This document shows positions 1 to 14,100 of a stretch of DNA of 64,000 nt, one piece after another. The DNA is from Trichoplax sp. H2 (Eukaryota): positions 124,001 through 188,000 of the forward strand of contig NOWV01000121.1 in NCBI GenBank assembly GCA_003344405.1. The letters are read 5' to 3'. How positions within the stretch are numbered: the first letter of the stretch is position 1; each line of letters starts with the position of its first letter. The notes beneath the pieces are model-generated. The model saw only the letters and a list, made by a program, of their open reading frames with translations. It was not told the origin of the DNA and searched no databases. The translations under genes were made by a program, and so were the position numbers.

Positions 1-361
1 ACAATTGTTCAATTATACTGTATATTCATTATTCATCGATTGCAGTTGAATCTAGAGTTGTCGATATTAAGAGTTTTTGTTACTATGATACACCATGGAC
101 AACCAAATACCATTGTTGTACGGTAGTAGTCTGTGTATTCAAGTATTCAATGCCTACAGGTTATTGGTTATAAGCTGTACGGATAGACTAAAATTGTACT
201 CTCATTCCTATTCTCTACTTGCATTAAAACTATTTTCCTGTTGATGTAAAGCACACTAGTTTGCAGTACATGTCGTTGTTGTAGTACTTTTATTTTACTG
301 TTAAAATAAACTTATTAGAGTATCTAAGCTGAACGTAATTTCTGCTTTACTATGACTTCAG

Positions 362-3300
362 TCAAGAGCGAGACCAATGAAAGAAATACTGAATCGCTTG
401 CGTAAATATGATTCGCTACAAATTATTACCTTCCAAGATGACGTCATTCTTAATGAACCGGTCGAAAAATGGCCCTGTTGTGATTGCTTGATAGCTTTCT
501 ACTCTTCTGGATTTCCCTTGAAGAAGGCGATAGAGTATGCACAGTTACGAAAGCCGTTTCTCCTTAATGATTTAACGATGCAATACGACTTGATGGACAG
601 GTACGAAAATACTATCTTAAAAATTTTCAGGCTATCTAATTGAACTTTAACAAGCTCACGTTTGTCCAATTTCCGTATACATTTTATGCAAATGTTGGAT
701 AGAATAAACTTTAATCTGTACGATTTATAAATGTGCCCTTTGTAATAATCAATATGTCTTGTTTACGATATCCAGAGCAAAGGTCTACAGGATTTTAAAA
801 AAACATGAGATACCAATACCTAGATATACCATCTTGGAAAGAAATTTAGACAATGAAAATGATGGTCAGAGTAAGTTTTACTGTATAAAGACTGTAAACT
901 TATAATTACCTTAACCATGGACTACTAGATATCTAGTAGTCCATTCCCTAACTGATTAAAGCATATGCCCATCTTGTAAATAGTATCAAAGATAAGTCCA
1001 ATTAGGAATCCATGGAAAGGTACTAGTTTAGTGTAGACTAGTGAAACCTTTGCTATTTGACCTAAAATCTAGTAGAAAGTGTACATCAAGGCACATTTTA
1101 GAAATTTGAAGGATGCAGCAATAACATATGCAATAAAGCTAATGTATTAGCTACCTATATTCAGAAAGAATCCTAATTTCCTCTAATTACTAATAACCCA
1201 CCAAATCTTATTTATCGTACATCACAATAATAACTTACAGACATTGATGAACTTGAAGATATCTTAAAAGTTAGTGGGGAAATATTCCACAAACCCTTTG
1301 TTGAAAAACCAGTATCGGCTGAAGATCATAATATTGTCATATATTATCCTTCTTCCGCTGGAGGTGGAAGCCAGCGACTATTTCGTAAGGTTAGCAAGAT
1401 CCTCTGCAAGTATATTCAACTTCTGCACGCTAAAATTATTAAGGTGCTTAAATTACAGTTCAATATACTTGATTGATGGCCAAAGTTTATATATATACTA
1501 GATCGGCTCAAAATCAAGTGTTTACAAGCAAGAAAGCCACGTTAGAAGAGATGGGTCATACCTTTACGAGGAATTCATGCCCACAGAAGGAGTCGATGTT
1601 AAGGTACTAGACTTACTTGTCCACTTGCATAGCATTGTGCTCAACAAGTATGCAAGAGACTGCATCATTACAGAACAATTACAGCTTTACAGCGTTATAA
1701 TAGTGAGGTACTCATATAACTTTAGATCTACACAGTTGGACCAGAATATGCTCATGCTGAAGCTCGAAAATCACCAGTAAGTTACGACATCACCATTCGA
1801 GTAAATTATTGAAAAGTCACTTGTTGTAAACGATTGCATTGCCTACGCAAAATTCAGATACAGTATCAAAAAAGTAGCTTTTTTATATGTATTTTTATTT
1901 AAATAAAATTTAAATTTTTTTACTCACCTTTACAGGCATTAGATGGAGTTGTTGAGAGAGATATACAAGGGAAAGAAGTTCGATATCCTATCATTTTGAC
2001 AGCTGCTGAAAAAACTATTGCCAGAAAAGTGTGTCTAGCGTTTAAGGTGATTTGTAATATTGCAATTGCAAATTAAACTGTTTAGGAAAGCTGACTTCAT
2101 TGGAATGCGTAACCGCCTTATTGAAATGATTTGTAAAAATTGTAGCAAACTGTTTGCGGTTTTGATTTACTAAGAGCAAACGGTAAATCGTATGTCTGTG
2201 ATGTAAATGGCTTTAGCTTCGTCAAAACATCTCAAAAGTATTATAACGACTGTGCACAAATTCTAGGGTAATGACCAATTTTTATTTCTATTGCCACAGT
2301 ACTAATCATAGACATCCTATACTTTAAACAATTTTTTTTTTGTCTTATAGTAATTTAACTGCTAACAGTGTCATTAAATTTTTCCCTAGACATATGATTT
2401 TGTCACATTTCTCACCTCAGCAGCCCATCCCCCTAGTAATATCTCGCAAGATGGATGATGTACCTTTAAGTATTAAAGTTAAGAATGGGTTGGTATTCTC
2501 AATTTGCACTATACTACGTATTAATACTCTTGTTGATATTGGTACCCTAATTCATTTAGCCTAGAACTCCGTTGTGTTATCGCTATAATGCGTCACGGTG
2601 ATCGTACGCCAAAGCAGAAGCTCAAAATGCATGTAAACCATGAAAAGTAAGCAGAATTTCATGTACTAATATAGAATATACTTCTTAGCAACTACAGAAA
2701 TTATATAGTGAACTAACTATAGCATTGGATTGTTCTTTAGATTTATCGAAATCTTTCGAAAATATGGTGGAAGTGAACGTAAAAATTTGAAATTAAAAAA
2801 ACCGAAACAATTACAAGTAATCCAATCGAAACTAAATTACCTATTCTCTTCACTCATTCGTTAATAAAACTTATTTCTATGCCTTAAAATACGACTAACA
2901 TTATCTTACACATCATTTTGGTTAGGAAATTTTAGACATTGTTCGAGAATTGCTATTTACCTTTGACTCGAACCAGGACAAGACTATCTTTGAATCTTAC
3001 GAAAAATTACAACAGCTGCGCGCAGTCCTAGAAATGTACAACATAAAAATGAAACATTACGTTATCTTTCTAATCTTACTACTTTAAATGTTTTATTTCA
3101 ACTCTGTAGTAGGTATTTACAACAACTCCAGTCTTTGTAACACATGGATATTTTCACTGAAAATATAGGTACGGTCATTTCTCTGGTATAAATAGAAAGG
3201 TCCAATTAAAGTGTATGAACAAAAGAATTAGAGCTGACGGTAACAGCAACAGTAGCGACGATAACAGAGGTGACTATTAAAAAGAGAGAGAAAAATGCTT

Positions 3301-6300
3301 GTAAATATTTATAGAGCAAAAATTATTCCTTTACATCAAACAATGAACTTTTCGATCTTAAGCTTCTAGGCCTAGCTTACTCTTGATTGCAAAGTGGGGA
3401 GGTGAACTAACACCTTTAGGACGTAGTGAAGCTGAGCGCTTGGGTTGTGCTTTTAGATGTATATACCCAAGTGGTCAAGGTGCATTATCTACTTCTTATT
3501 TTAATACGAGGATAAGTTGAAAAATTTGGTTAAACTCCTATAAATAAGCATTCCTTTTATGTAAATATTATAGGAGAGTATAGTAACTATCCAGGATCCG
3601 GCTTCCTGAGATTACACAGCACTTATCGACACGACCTGAAGATTTATTCTTCCGATGAGGGTCGTGTGCAAACGACTGCCGCCAGCTTTGCGAAAGTATA
3701 TAATTATTAAATGTTTGATTTACAAGTTTTATTATAGTTACGAACTATTTATCGCTATCCCCAATTAATTTGGAAGATGCTCTGCTTTTATTTTGTTAGG
3801 GTTTACTCGACCTTGAGTGTGGCTTAACTCCCATACTGGTCCATTTAGTGAAGAGTAACCACACCAATAGGATGTTAGACACGTCAACGCATGCAGAAAG
3901 CCTCATGATGGAGTAAGCACCTTTTTGTTAATTGATCACTGCAATGGGATCAGATATATACTAAGTCTATTCTGCTAGAGTAAAAAGTCGTTTACATGAG
4001 ATCTTGCAAAAAGATGAAAACTTTACAGAAGAAGACTATGCTTATGTACGTTAGGATTTTAATTTTTAGTACTTATAACAAAGATTTGGTGTCCTCTTTC
4101 TCCTTCTTAAATAAGTAATTTCCTATTACGTGAATTAATTTATTACTCTTATAGCTTTCATCTGTGAAATCAAATTCCATTATTGCAGCAATGAAAATGA
4201 TAGGAAATCCTCGCAGAGCTTGTCAAAAAGTGTTTGAATTAGTTCGATCTCTTACCAAACAATTAAAAGGTCTTATAGAAATTTCTGAAAACCAAACAGA
4301 AGGTAATAGATAATTCAGTTTTATGTTCAGATGTCGTTATAAATATCGTTACTAATTATTGATGGCACTTTCTATACATCTTTATAAGAGCCGTTGTTGT
4401 ATATGGGTGAAAGTTTGGTAATGATGTATAAAAGATGGACAAAACTGGAAAAGGTTAAGCCAATTAAATTCATTCAAATTTTATTCTTCTCAGAACGTAT
4501 AAGTTTCATTCGTAATGCCACAATTTAGGAATTTAAGAGAAATGATTTATTCGAAATTAGTAAGATACCGGATATTTACGATTGCATTAAATATGATGCT
4601 CTGCATAACAGGTCAGAATATGAACTTGCTTGCTATACAATAAATGTAGATATATATATAATTCGATCATTTCTAAATATGAGTCCGTGTTACCGCAATG
4701 CACCATAAAATTACATTATCATCAAGCTTATTTATCCAATGTTAATAATAAGCCTTGTAAAATATTTTTTTTAAATTGGACTCGCTCTCATTTACTTACC
4801 AGAAACTAATAGTTATTATACTATACCTGCTATCTTGACAGTCAACTCAGTATAGTAAGCTACAGGAATATACTATCAGAAATATACAGCAACATGGCTA
4901 TGTATAATTTAATAGAATTCTGCAACTACATGTATACTTCATTAACTATAATGTGATACGAATTTATAGTAAAGCTTGCTACAATTTTACTATAAATTTC
5001 GTATCTTAGTAGCTATAACTAATAGTATTAGGAACGTAAGCATAATGATCACTATCAAGGAACAGCGTAAAGAGTACGATAATTGTGAAATTTATGTATA
5101 ATTTTGCTGTCGGCCTAAGTTCAGTGAATTACATTTGTATCATTATAGGGCTTCTTTGCAGTAATATGACGTAGCCCTGTTAATATCTTTTACAATAACA
5201 TAATTGCAAAACGAGAATTAGTGTACTTATTTCAAATATCCAAATAATTAACAGATCTCAATTGTTAATTAACTTTTTACCATCTAGAGATTTACGACTT
5301 GATAATATACACGATCTTTATAAAGCCGTAAAACCTTTAGCTGATATTGTAATTCCACTGGTAAGATTAGTATCATGCCTTTTTTCTTTGACTTCAATAA
5401 TTAATCTATTACTTCATTTAGATTCTTAAACCATAAATTGCATTTGTTGTAACGATATAGGAATACGGCATTACCGGTGAAGAGAAACACGAAATAAGCG
5501 AAAAGATTTGTCATAATCTTTTTCGGAAGTTGCGAGCTGATTTGCAGCATAACATCTGCTGCGATACGGAGTCTAGTAACAGGCTCAATCCGAAGTAATT
5601 TCAATTATAATCAATACGCAAAAAAATACAACAAGCTTTCGTAGATTTAAAATAGCCAGTTTAACCAGTGTGTTTTAGCTCTGGAGTAAACTGGTACTAA
5701 CAACGGATTACTTGACCTATTATAAAATTTGCAAAATAAAAATTAGATACTCCCAAGGTGTCATTACGCCTGATCGGCACGTTCGGACGCGACTTTATTT
5801 TACCAGTGAAAGTCATATCCACACCCTATTATCTGCTATCCGCGATAGCAAATTATGTGATGTAAGAAAAAATTCTACAGCACTGCAACTACTCATATGT
5901 GCCTTTAATAAACTCCGGTTCATAATACTATATCTTTCAGGCGTCTGATAAACAATGGACTAAGTCAATGGAATGTATGGAAGATATCTCTGAATTGAAT
6001 TATCTGACTCAAATTGTTTTCATGCTGTATGAGGATCCCAGTCAAGATGTTAGTTCGGAACAGAAATATAGAGTTACACTACACTTTAGTGCAGGAGATC
6101 GGCTGCTAGAAGAGCAACTTGGTGAAAAGTCCATTTATAGAAAGGTATCAGAAAATAGTAATTTTAACGATAAAACGTCAGTTAAAGAGGCTCCTTCCAA
6201 AAAAGATGGAACTGATGCTCCTATCGAAAGTAGCACAGATGACAATTCAGGTAAGAAGTTCATATTCACTTTAAATACTGTACAGTATGTACTGTATGCT

Positions 6301-7983
6301 GCCAAATAGCGTAATTACTTTACGCAACTTTTAGACTTTTGTGAATGAATGAATGAATGAATTCAGTGGGCCCCACTATTAATTAATTTTTTTATCCTCT
6401 ACTTTTAATTACCATAGTTTTCAAAGCTAGACGCTACTCATCAGATAACGGTTTGTAATACATAAATATTCGGTGAGTCAGTACTTTTTTCAAGTTTTTA
6501 TAACACAATTATTATTATAATATTTAATAGACATAGCCAGAATCAGAGCTACTAAAAAAGTGACAGGATATAGCAGTGATGTTTCGTCATTGCTTGATCA
6601 GGCAACCCTTGAACAACCAATCCCAATGAACGGACTTATTGGTGATTAATTTACGCGCTATTATGTTAAAATACATTTTATTCGATGTCAATTTTTGAAA
6701 ATTTTAATTTTTATTAGCGTTATATGGCCCAATTACTGTGGGTCGGTAATTACTGACAATTTTTGGGGTCCCGTAATACCAGTTTCGCCTATAACCGTCG
6801 AAGAATTTAGTCATTTTATATCATTTATAGTCCTTTACCATGATTTATATACTGCGTTTTACCCCTGAAAATAATAGTGGAATACAGTAGTTGGACTGCC
6901 CCATACGAGTAATACTTATTTATTTTTTTGTTGTTTGTATAAGTGCATCAGTTTTACAGCTTTAGAATGTAGTAACTTTTCCATTAGCTCGCCATGTTTA
7001 TATCGTTCATCGTAAATTAATCGGGATATATCACATTATCAGAATTTTCTATATTTAGAATTAAAATTCGTAATGGGTAAAAATAGTTAAGGTAGTCATA
7101 ATCAGCATACTGAGACCTACCGATTGGTCTTATAAGTCAATAATTCTACGACTACTATAGTATATGATACACGCTTAGCAGTCGTTGCATATGGCGCGCT
7201 TGGGTCAAGGACATTTAATGACCACTTCAACATGGCTTCCGTGAGTGTATTAGACTACCATCTTTCTCTTCCTCATTAAATAGATGATGATGAGGAGTAC
7301 GATAGTAGTTTTACAGCAGATAATCTGTGGAAGAAATGCCACGGATTGTGATTATCGATGATTCTAATGGATAATCCACCAAATCGTCGATTACAAATCA
7401 TCCATAGGTAAATGGAGAAAAAGGAAAGACATCCAAGATTGAGCAAGGAACCTAACTCCGCTAAAATACCGATCGTTACTGTAATACATATGAGATTCTA
7501 GCTTCTCTTTATACAATAGTACTACTGAAACTTTATTTTTCACTTAATTGTTATTATTTTAATGTTAAATGTATTTGCTTCATTCTGGGCAGAAACAAAT
7601 CGGTTGTAGTCAATTAAGTAAATTACTATGGGCGTTTCTTTGTATAGGGTTTTTTGTTTTTTGAGTAGATTGTTTTATTTTTAGTTTAAATTTACACTGT
7701 TATGTACGGTGGTGGTCCACGAAAGTTATCATTCTTAATTGAATACTATGTAATACGTTTAGAATACCTAGTATTTTAGTCTTTATTTTTCTAAAAGCTA
7801 CTAACATATATGCCTTGCTATTATTTCTTTTATTTAATTAATCTAGGTGTATCAAGTCAACCTCTAATCCCTACTGTTTATCCTTTAATGACAATACACA
7901 ACTCGTTAACATTGAGCCAAGTAAATAGCTTTTTAGAAGCCGCCATAAAATCACAAGATAAATTTTTTGAAGTATTAACTTAA
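362..7983 (+). CDS. PPIP5K: Inositol hexakisphosphate / diphosphoinositol-pentakisphosphate kinase (PPIP5K/VIP1), multi-exon, first exon(s) outside the window
   Basis: Spliced exons give [90 protein letters not shown] (ATP-grasp kinase), [34 protein letters not shown] and [14 protein letters not shown] (histidine-phosphatase-like domain). The last exon 7847-7983 has [19 protein letters not shown] and ends in TAA. Confidence 0.97.
917..944. repeat. Perfect 28-bp palindrome in a PPIP5K intron
   Basis: ATGGACTACTAGAT|ATCTAGTAGTCCAT. Confidence 0.9.
6343..6362. repeat. (GAAT)n microsatellite, intronic
   Basis: gaatgaatgaatgaatgaat. Confidence 0.8.
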
Positions 7984-8159
7984 TCCTATTGCTTTATACA
8001 GTGTATGGTAATCTGTACTATTATACTGTAATTTTACAATAAGTATTATGCAATGTAATTTAATATAATTAAGAAATAAATACACTGATTAATAGTTCTG
8101 TAATCCATTATCGTGCCATATCTGTATATTTTAGATATCAATTGAACTTAGAAATTTAT

Positions 8160-11100
8160 CTAATCATCACCATGATCAATATTAGATCCGTTCTTTGCTT
8201 TAATATCATCAAAAAGATATACCATCTTATCTATTGTGGCTTCCATCATGTTATAAACCTGTGAAATATGAATACAGTACAGTATTTGTATTAAAATTAG
8301 CCGTAATTCATAAGTAATAAAAGCACTACAATTCGCGTAGATAGAATATGAACATTTGAATGTACCAGCACGTTACATTCGACAAAACTATTAACTTGGA
8401 CAAAAATTTATATTTACAAAATCCCAATAAATTATTTATCAAATTTCAAATTTAAATCTCACTTGACTGTATAGCTTCTCCTTGTATTTCAATTCTATCG
8501 TCGGATCCGTTTTATCAACTGGAGTGGATGCTCGTGTTTGCTACAGAGGCATGTTAGAAAAAAACATACTTAATGCATCTAACTCATAAGAGGGGTAATT
8601 ACATTGTATACCATTTGTAGCTGAATATAAATGAAGCAAGTTGTACACTCGCTATGGCAGCTGATTCAATCTCTAAATTAATATCGGTAATTACATACGT
8701 CATGATATTCTTGTGATGAAGTCGTTGTTGATTTTAGTCGATCTAAAAAATAATGTAGGATTTTAACTTGGTCGTGTAAATCATGAAAACTTTTTATCAT
8801 CAGACAAGAAGATGTTCATATCTTCGAAGATCACCTCTGTGTTTTGACTTAGAGGTTCGAATCGTCCTTGATTGAGGTCTAAGGCTGTCCTGTATTATAC
8901 ATAAAGGGTACAGTTAAGTTTGTTAAATGATATGGTTTTCATCAAGAACAGCATTATCTTAAATTTTCGAAACACTATTTTTCATGAGTTTATACTACTA
9001 AATTTGTAGCCGATAGAGTTATTTATTACTGATTAAATAACAGATACTTTACTTTAACTTACAAAGTCTTTATCATCCTTTTTGTTTGGCTTTTTACTTC
9101 TTGATTCCGATTTCTTTGTAGATTCTGACCGCGTAGTTTCGGATGCTGTCATTTTCTTTTTAGTTGTCGTAGCTGTACGAAATTATATGGTAAGTATTGT
9201 ATGATCTGATAGCATCCTTTGTTTATTAATATTAAATAATGTTTTTCATTAGTAGTATTAAGTAATGTAAGCCTATATCTCATAATTGTAACGTACTGTT
9301 GTACACGTAGTTACAATCAGAAACTAGTTCATGGTCCTAATTATTTAATCACAAAATGGTATCGTGAAGGCAACAAATTTTAGTTACCTACCCCAGCCCT
9401 CCAGTTCTAGTGATTCCTGACTAATCTTATTTGCTACTACTATTTGAATTGTAATATTATCTTTCTCAATTACATGAGTTATAAATCTAATTATATATAG
9501 CATGCTCTATTTTGGGTTAAATCATTTAGATCTCATTGTAAAACATTTATACGCAACTCTACGGTAAATCTACAATCTGCCTACAATGCGCAACCCACGT
9601 TCTTAATTACAATATCACTATGAATACAATCTAAGGTACTGGCTCTATAACTAAGTAAACTTATGTATCTTCACAATGTCGAAAACAAAGTATTGTTTAC
9701 CTGCATCTTCCTCTTCTAAACTTTCTTTTTCGGGTAATCCTAGTATACTCCTCAACGTAACTCCATAATTTGCTATGGAGTCCATTAAATTAATTAACAG
9801 ACTATATCTAAATAAATAAATATAAAATTAAGATAATTTATTTGATCCTAATTCATTAATGAATGATGATAAATAAAATATTCCAATGATAGTAAAGATT
9901 AAACTTTTCAATAAAAGGTGAGATATAGTCCTTATTCTGAGCATATACGTACCCAACCGAATACATTTGTTGTTTTAATGGTGTAAGTATTGGGAATGAC
10001 AGCATATTGATTGCGTTGTTCATTCGTTGCAGACAATCATTCTTCCAACTGTCATCCTCTAAGGTTAATATTTTCTATTCATGGAAAGTTTAATTGGTTA
10101 TCAATAAATATAATTTAATTTTTCACAACCATTCCTTCTGCATTAAAGGTGTAATCATAGGATTTCAAATTATCCTAAAATCAAGTACTCCTTGCACACT
10201 TCTACTAGTGACACTTCTTTACATATAAATTATCCTGATTAAATTAAGTTGCAGTCTTTCCTGAATAAGTTTTATTACCGAGCTGATAATTAACTAATTT
10301 AAATTAAATTCCATTCCATATAAAAATAATATTTTTCTTTCAATATCTTGAGTAATTAATATTTTAAATGGTAGCTACTACCTCAGAATGAAAGTACTAG
10401 TTGAGCTACGAATTTGATATGGTTTATAATAAGTAAGTTTACATTGATTATCCGATAGTTAGCTACCAATTTTACCTCCTCAAGCATATCAATGCTCCAA
10501 TCCCACGGTACATCGGGCTCAGGTGGCTCAAAATAATCGTTCTGTCGATCTGCTAAATCATTCTTAGCTCCTCTAAAATTTTTATCTTGTTTATCTTGCT
10601 TATCAGATTTAGACATCTTGTCATATCGATCACTTTTCCCAGATTTATCCTTAATTCAAAAAATCAGCTCAGACTTGGTAACTCACTTTGCAAAACAAAT
10701 TTAAAACAATTGCTAACTACAAAATAGTCAAAACATACGTCATCTTATGTTATCGAATCGCAACTTATTATAATAATCACTATTAATCAGATAGCTTATA
10801 ATGCTCGAAAGTTACTATTAACGAATCCTGTGGTTCGGTTCGTAGATCCAACCTGTTTGCTTCCTTTTTCGATCTTGACATCTTCGGTATTTTCTAGATA
10901 TTCCGGAGGTATCGGCTGATGAATGTGGTACCATATCATTTTTAGTTCATTAATGCCGTCCGGGCGATAATATAGCTGTATAAATTTAATTTAATTTAAT
11001 CGAAGATAATCAGATTAAAAATGACTACCAATCACAATCAGATGCAAAAAATTGAAATCGATGATTATCCAATACATGAAAGTCAAAAAGATTAATTTAG

Positions 11101-14100
11101 ATAATAAATTTCATGAACATTACACCTCATACTAATTTTTTTAGCTGGTAACAGCGATAGCTATATTTACGTGTTATCAAGTCCTTATCTAAACTTATAT
11201 ATAATCTAATTTAGAAATTTTGACTTCTATTACATATGTAGTAAATATACGTAAATCTTTATGAACATTACAATCTAAGGAAAACTTACACCAGGATTCC
11301 GTCTTTCAAATAATTCTTCTGGTGTAATATGAGCATCTACTGGAGATAAAGAACGTGGAGGTGTTTTCACATCCTCAATAATATCATCAAGTAGTTGATT
11401 TACGGCATAAAGAGCCTGTTTTCTTCTTAATTCTGCCTGCAAATTTGTTATCAAAAAGGAATGTGTATTTAAATACCATTTAAATTATAAAATTCATTTA
11501 CGAATACGAAAAACAAAAATTAGAGCATAAAGCACAAATTTTAACTAAGTTTTCTCATCATTCATGTTAGCATATGATGCGAATTCATTTGAAATTCTGT
11601 AAGTATACATTGTAATATTGATTGTATTTTGCTTTACCTCAATTTTTGATCTTTTATCTTTATTAATATCTTCTTCCAGTGCAACGCCTCGTAAAACAAC
11701 TTTGATTGCAGCACCGCCACATAATGTCGGTTTAGTATTCATGCACCATGTTTCCGTAAATATTCCAGGATTAGATGACTTAAAGGTAAATGGAAACTTC
11801 ATCTTCTGTCCGGGCATGATCATATCTTAAGGTAGCACAATAATAAAAATTTCAGTGATTTCGTCGAGTTATTTCACACTTATAGCTATCTTACATTAAA
11901 TTACTAAAATTAATAGTTGCATACTACGAATTAAAATTGTGCTACCATCTTGTTTCATTGCAATAGCAGGTATTGCTCTATTTTCAGTTGCATTTTATTG
12001 AAATTTATAAGACTGCAAACGGATTTTATGTAATAGCACTGAAGATATGAAACTGCACTTTAGATTGCATAGATTTAGCTTTTGTTGTGTATAATATTGT
12101 AATAACATCATTACGTAAACCATAACGCGGAATTTATATTACTGCCAATATTAGAGAGAATGTAGCATTTTAGTTAATGAATTAAAATGATTCACTAATA
12201 TTTTACTTTAGTCTAAGGTCATATTGCCACTAGTTGGACTTCAGCGCGGAAATAGATTAATGTTGCCTATAGAAATGTTGCTATACTCTTATAGGCAAAA
12301 ATTGAGACAAACAGCTTTTGCTAACTATTCATGTTAGCACATGTGATGATAATGCTTGTAATCAACTAACTCGTAATATGATCACTATTACATAGTTGTT
12401 GATCAATTAGAACATTGAGTAAGATAATAACACTTTTTAAAGGAACAAATTGAAATGGTATAATCATAATATCTACATAACGTCTACATACCAACGCCCG
12501 TATTGAAGTAAAATCTTTGAGCTTTACCATACAAGATGCTATCGAGGGATTTATCGCTTGGTAAGTTCTGCAATGAGTACATAAATTTAAGATATCATAA
12601 GTTAGATAAAGTAAAACCAAGATTGTTTCTCTTAATAATCGTATTTGCAAGTAAGGATAACTTACCGTCCATGAGAAGTAGATAGTTGATGTGCCTAGGT
12701 TTTCGATATCTAGTGTCGTTGTGCTAACTTTGCCAGCGTAGGTTTCGAATAATACACGCGTAATAATAGCGACATCACTTTCAAGGCCACAATTTTCACC
12801 TTCCCAACGCACAGTTTGGCCGGCTACTGTAATACAGGGTCCAAGTATAGGTTGAGGTACACAGTCTGCATGCTGTTTAAATGGATCACTGAATAGAAAA
12901 TTAATTAATGGACTAATATTACTGAAATTGTCACGCGGTTTAATATATGTTACCGTATTAAAGTTAAATGAAATTCATTGACTTTTAACTCTTTAACACT
13001 AGATCTGAGTGGATTAGTATAGGTCATAACTTTCATATTTGAAGTAAAATCAAAAAATTATTTTTTTAAAGCATAAGCTATCATACTTACTTTATTTCAC
13101 TATCTGCTTCAGATAGGCTATCATCATTATATAATGAAGTATTAATATCAGATTGTTCACGCCCATCTTCCCAAAGCTTAGATCTTCCAATAACTGCTAA
13201 ACTTGAAATATCCTATCACAATAACAATAACATCAAAAATAAAAGTACTGTCAGAATTCACGGATAGAATTTGGTTCTACAAGGTAGTAATTTTGATATA
13301 TAGTTTATAAGTATTTGTTGTGATACCAATTATTTGACCTCATATTTATCTCATTACAAAGCTATACAGTTTATGCTATAAAGTTGTAGTAGAATCTAGA
13401 CATGAACAATTACGATATATATTATTACCGGCTTGTGAGGATCAATCAGTTTCATGCTCTCCTCTAACTCTTTCTTCCTATTTTGGAGATAGAGAGACTT
13501 ATCCCACGGATAATGAACGGTTGAGGAAGATCGAAAATTAATGCCTAAAATAAGATTTATTTTAAATACTTGTTATTTTGTTCTAAACCAGATCCTATTA
13601 TTGCCTATGCAGAGTCATGGTGATAAGTTCATTCAGTATAAACTTATAGCTGCTTTTATTAATTTAAGGCACTACTTAAATGATGAAAAAACTGTGTAAC
13701 TATACCCATTTCCTCTTTGATTAACGGATGTTTATCGATATGTTCAACAGGAACTCTTTGGCCTCGTTGACTTTTACCTAAAGTTAAACTTTGAAGTAGC
13801 AATATATTTTGATTTCGTTTAGTAATCTAGCGTAGCTTGCAGCCGATCGATAATTGTAGCTATAATTTGATCGCCTTTCTACTTCAATTTTTTACTATTA
13901 AATTAAAGGACCCAGCGCAATTTAAAATTTAGCGATAATATTACGTAATTTTAATTCTAGCAATTTGTGTAGATCAGCTTTTTGAGTTTTATTATGTAAG
14001 CTTGTAGCAATCCTTTTCAGCATAGTATCGTATTAAAATATCATTTGACCATGATGTTTACCTTATGCCGTTATCTTCGTTGCCAAGTCGGTCAGGTTGC

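Noticed and set aside
8854-8864. GGTTCGAATC tRNA T-loop-like motif (similar at 51042)
   Set aside because: Both lie in coding exons and have no cloverleaf or A-box.
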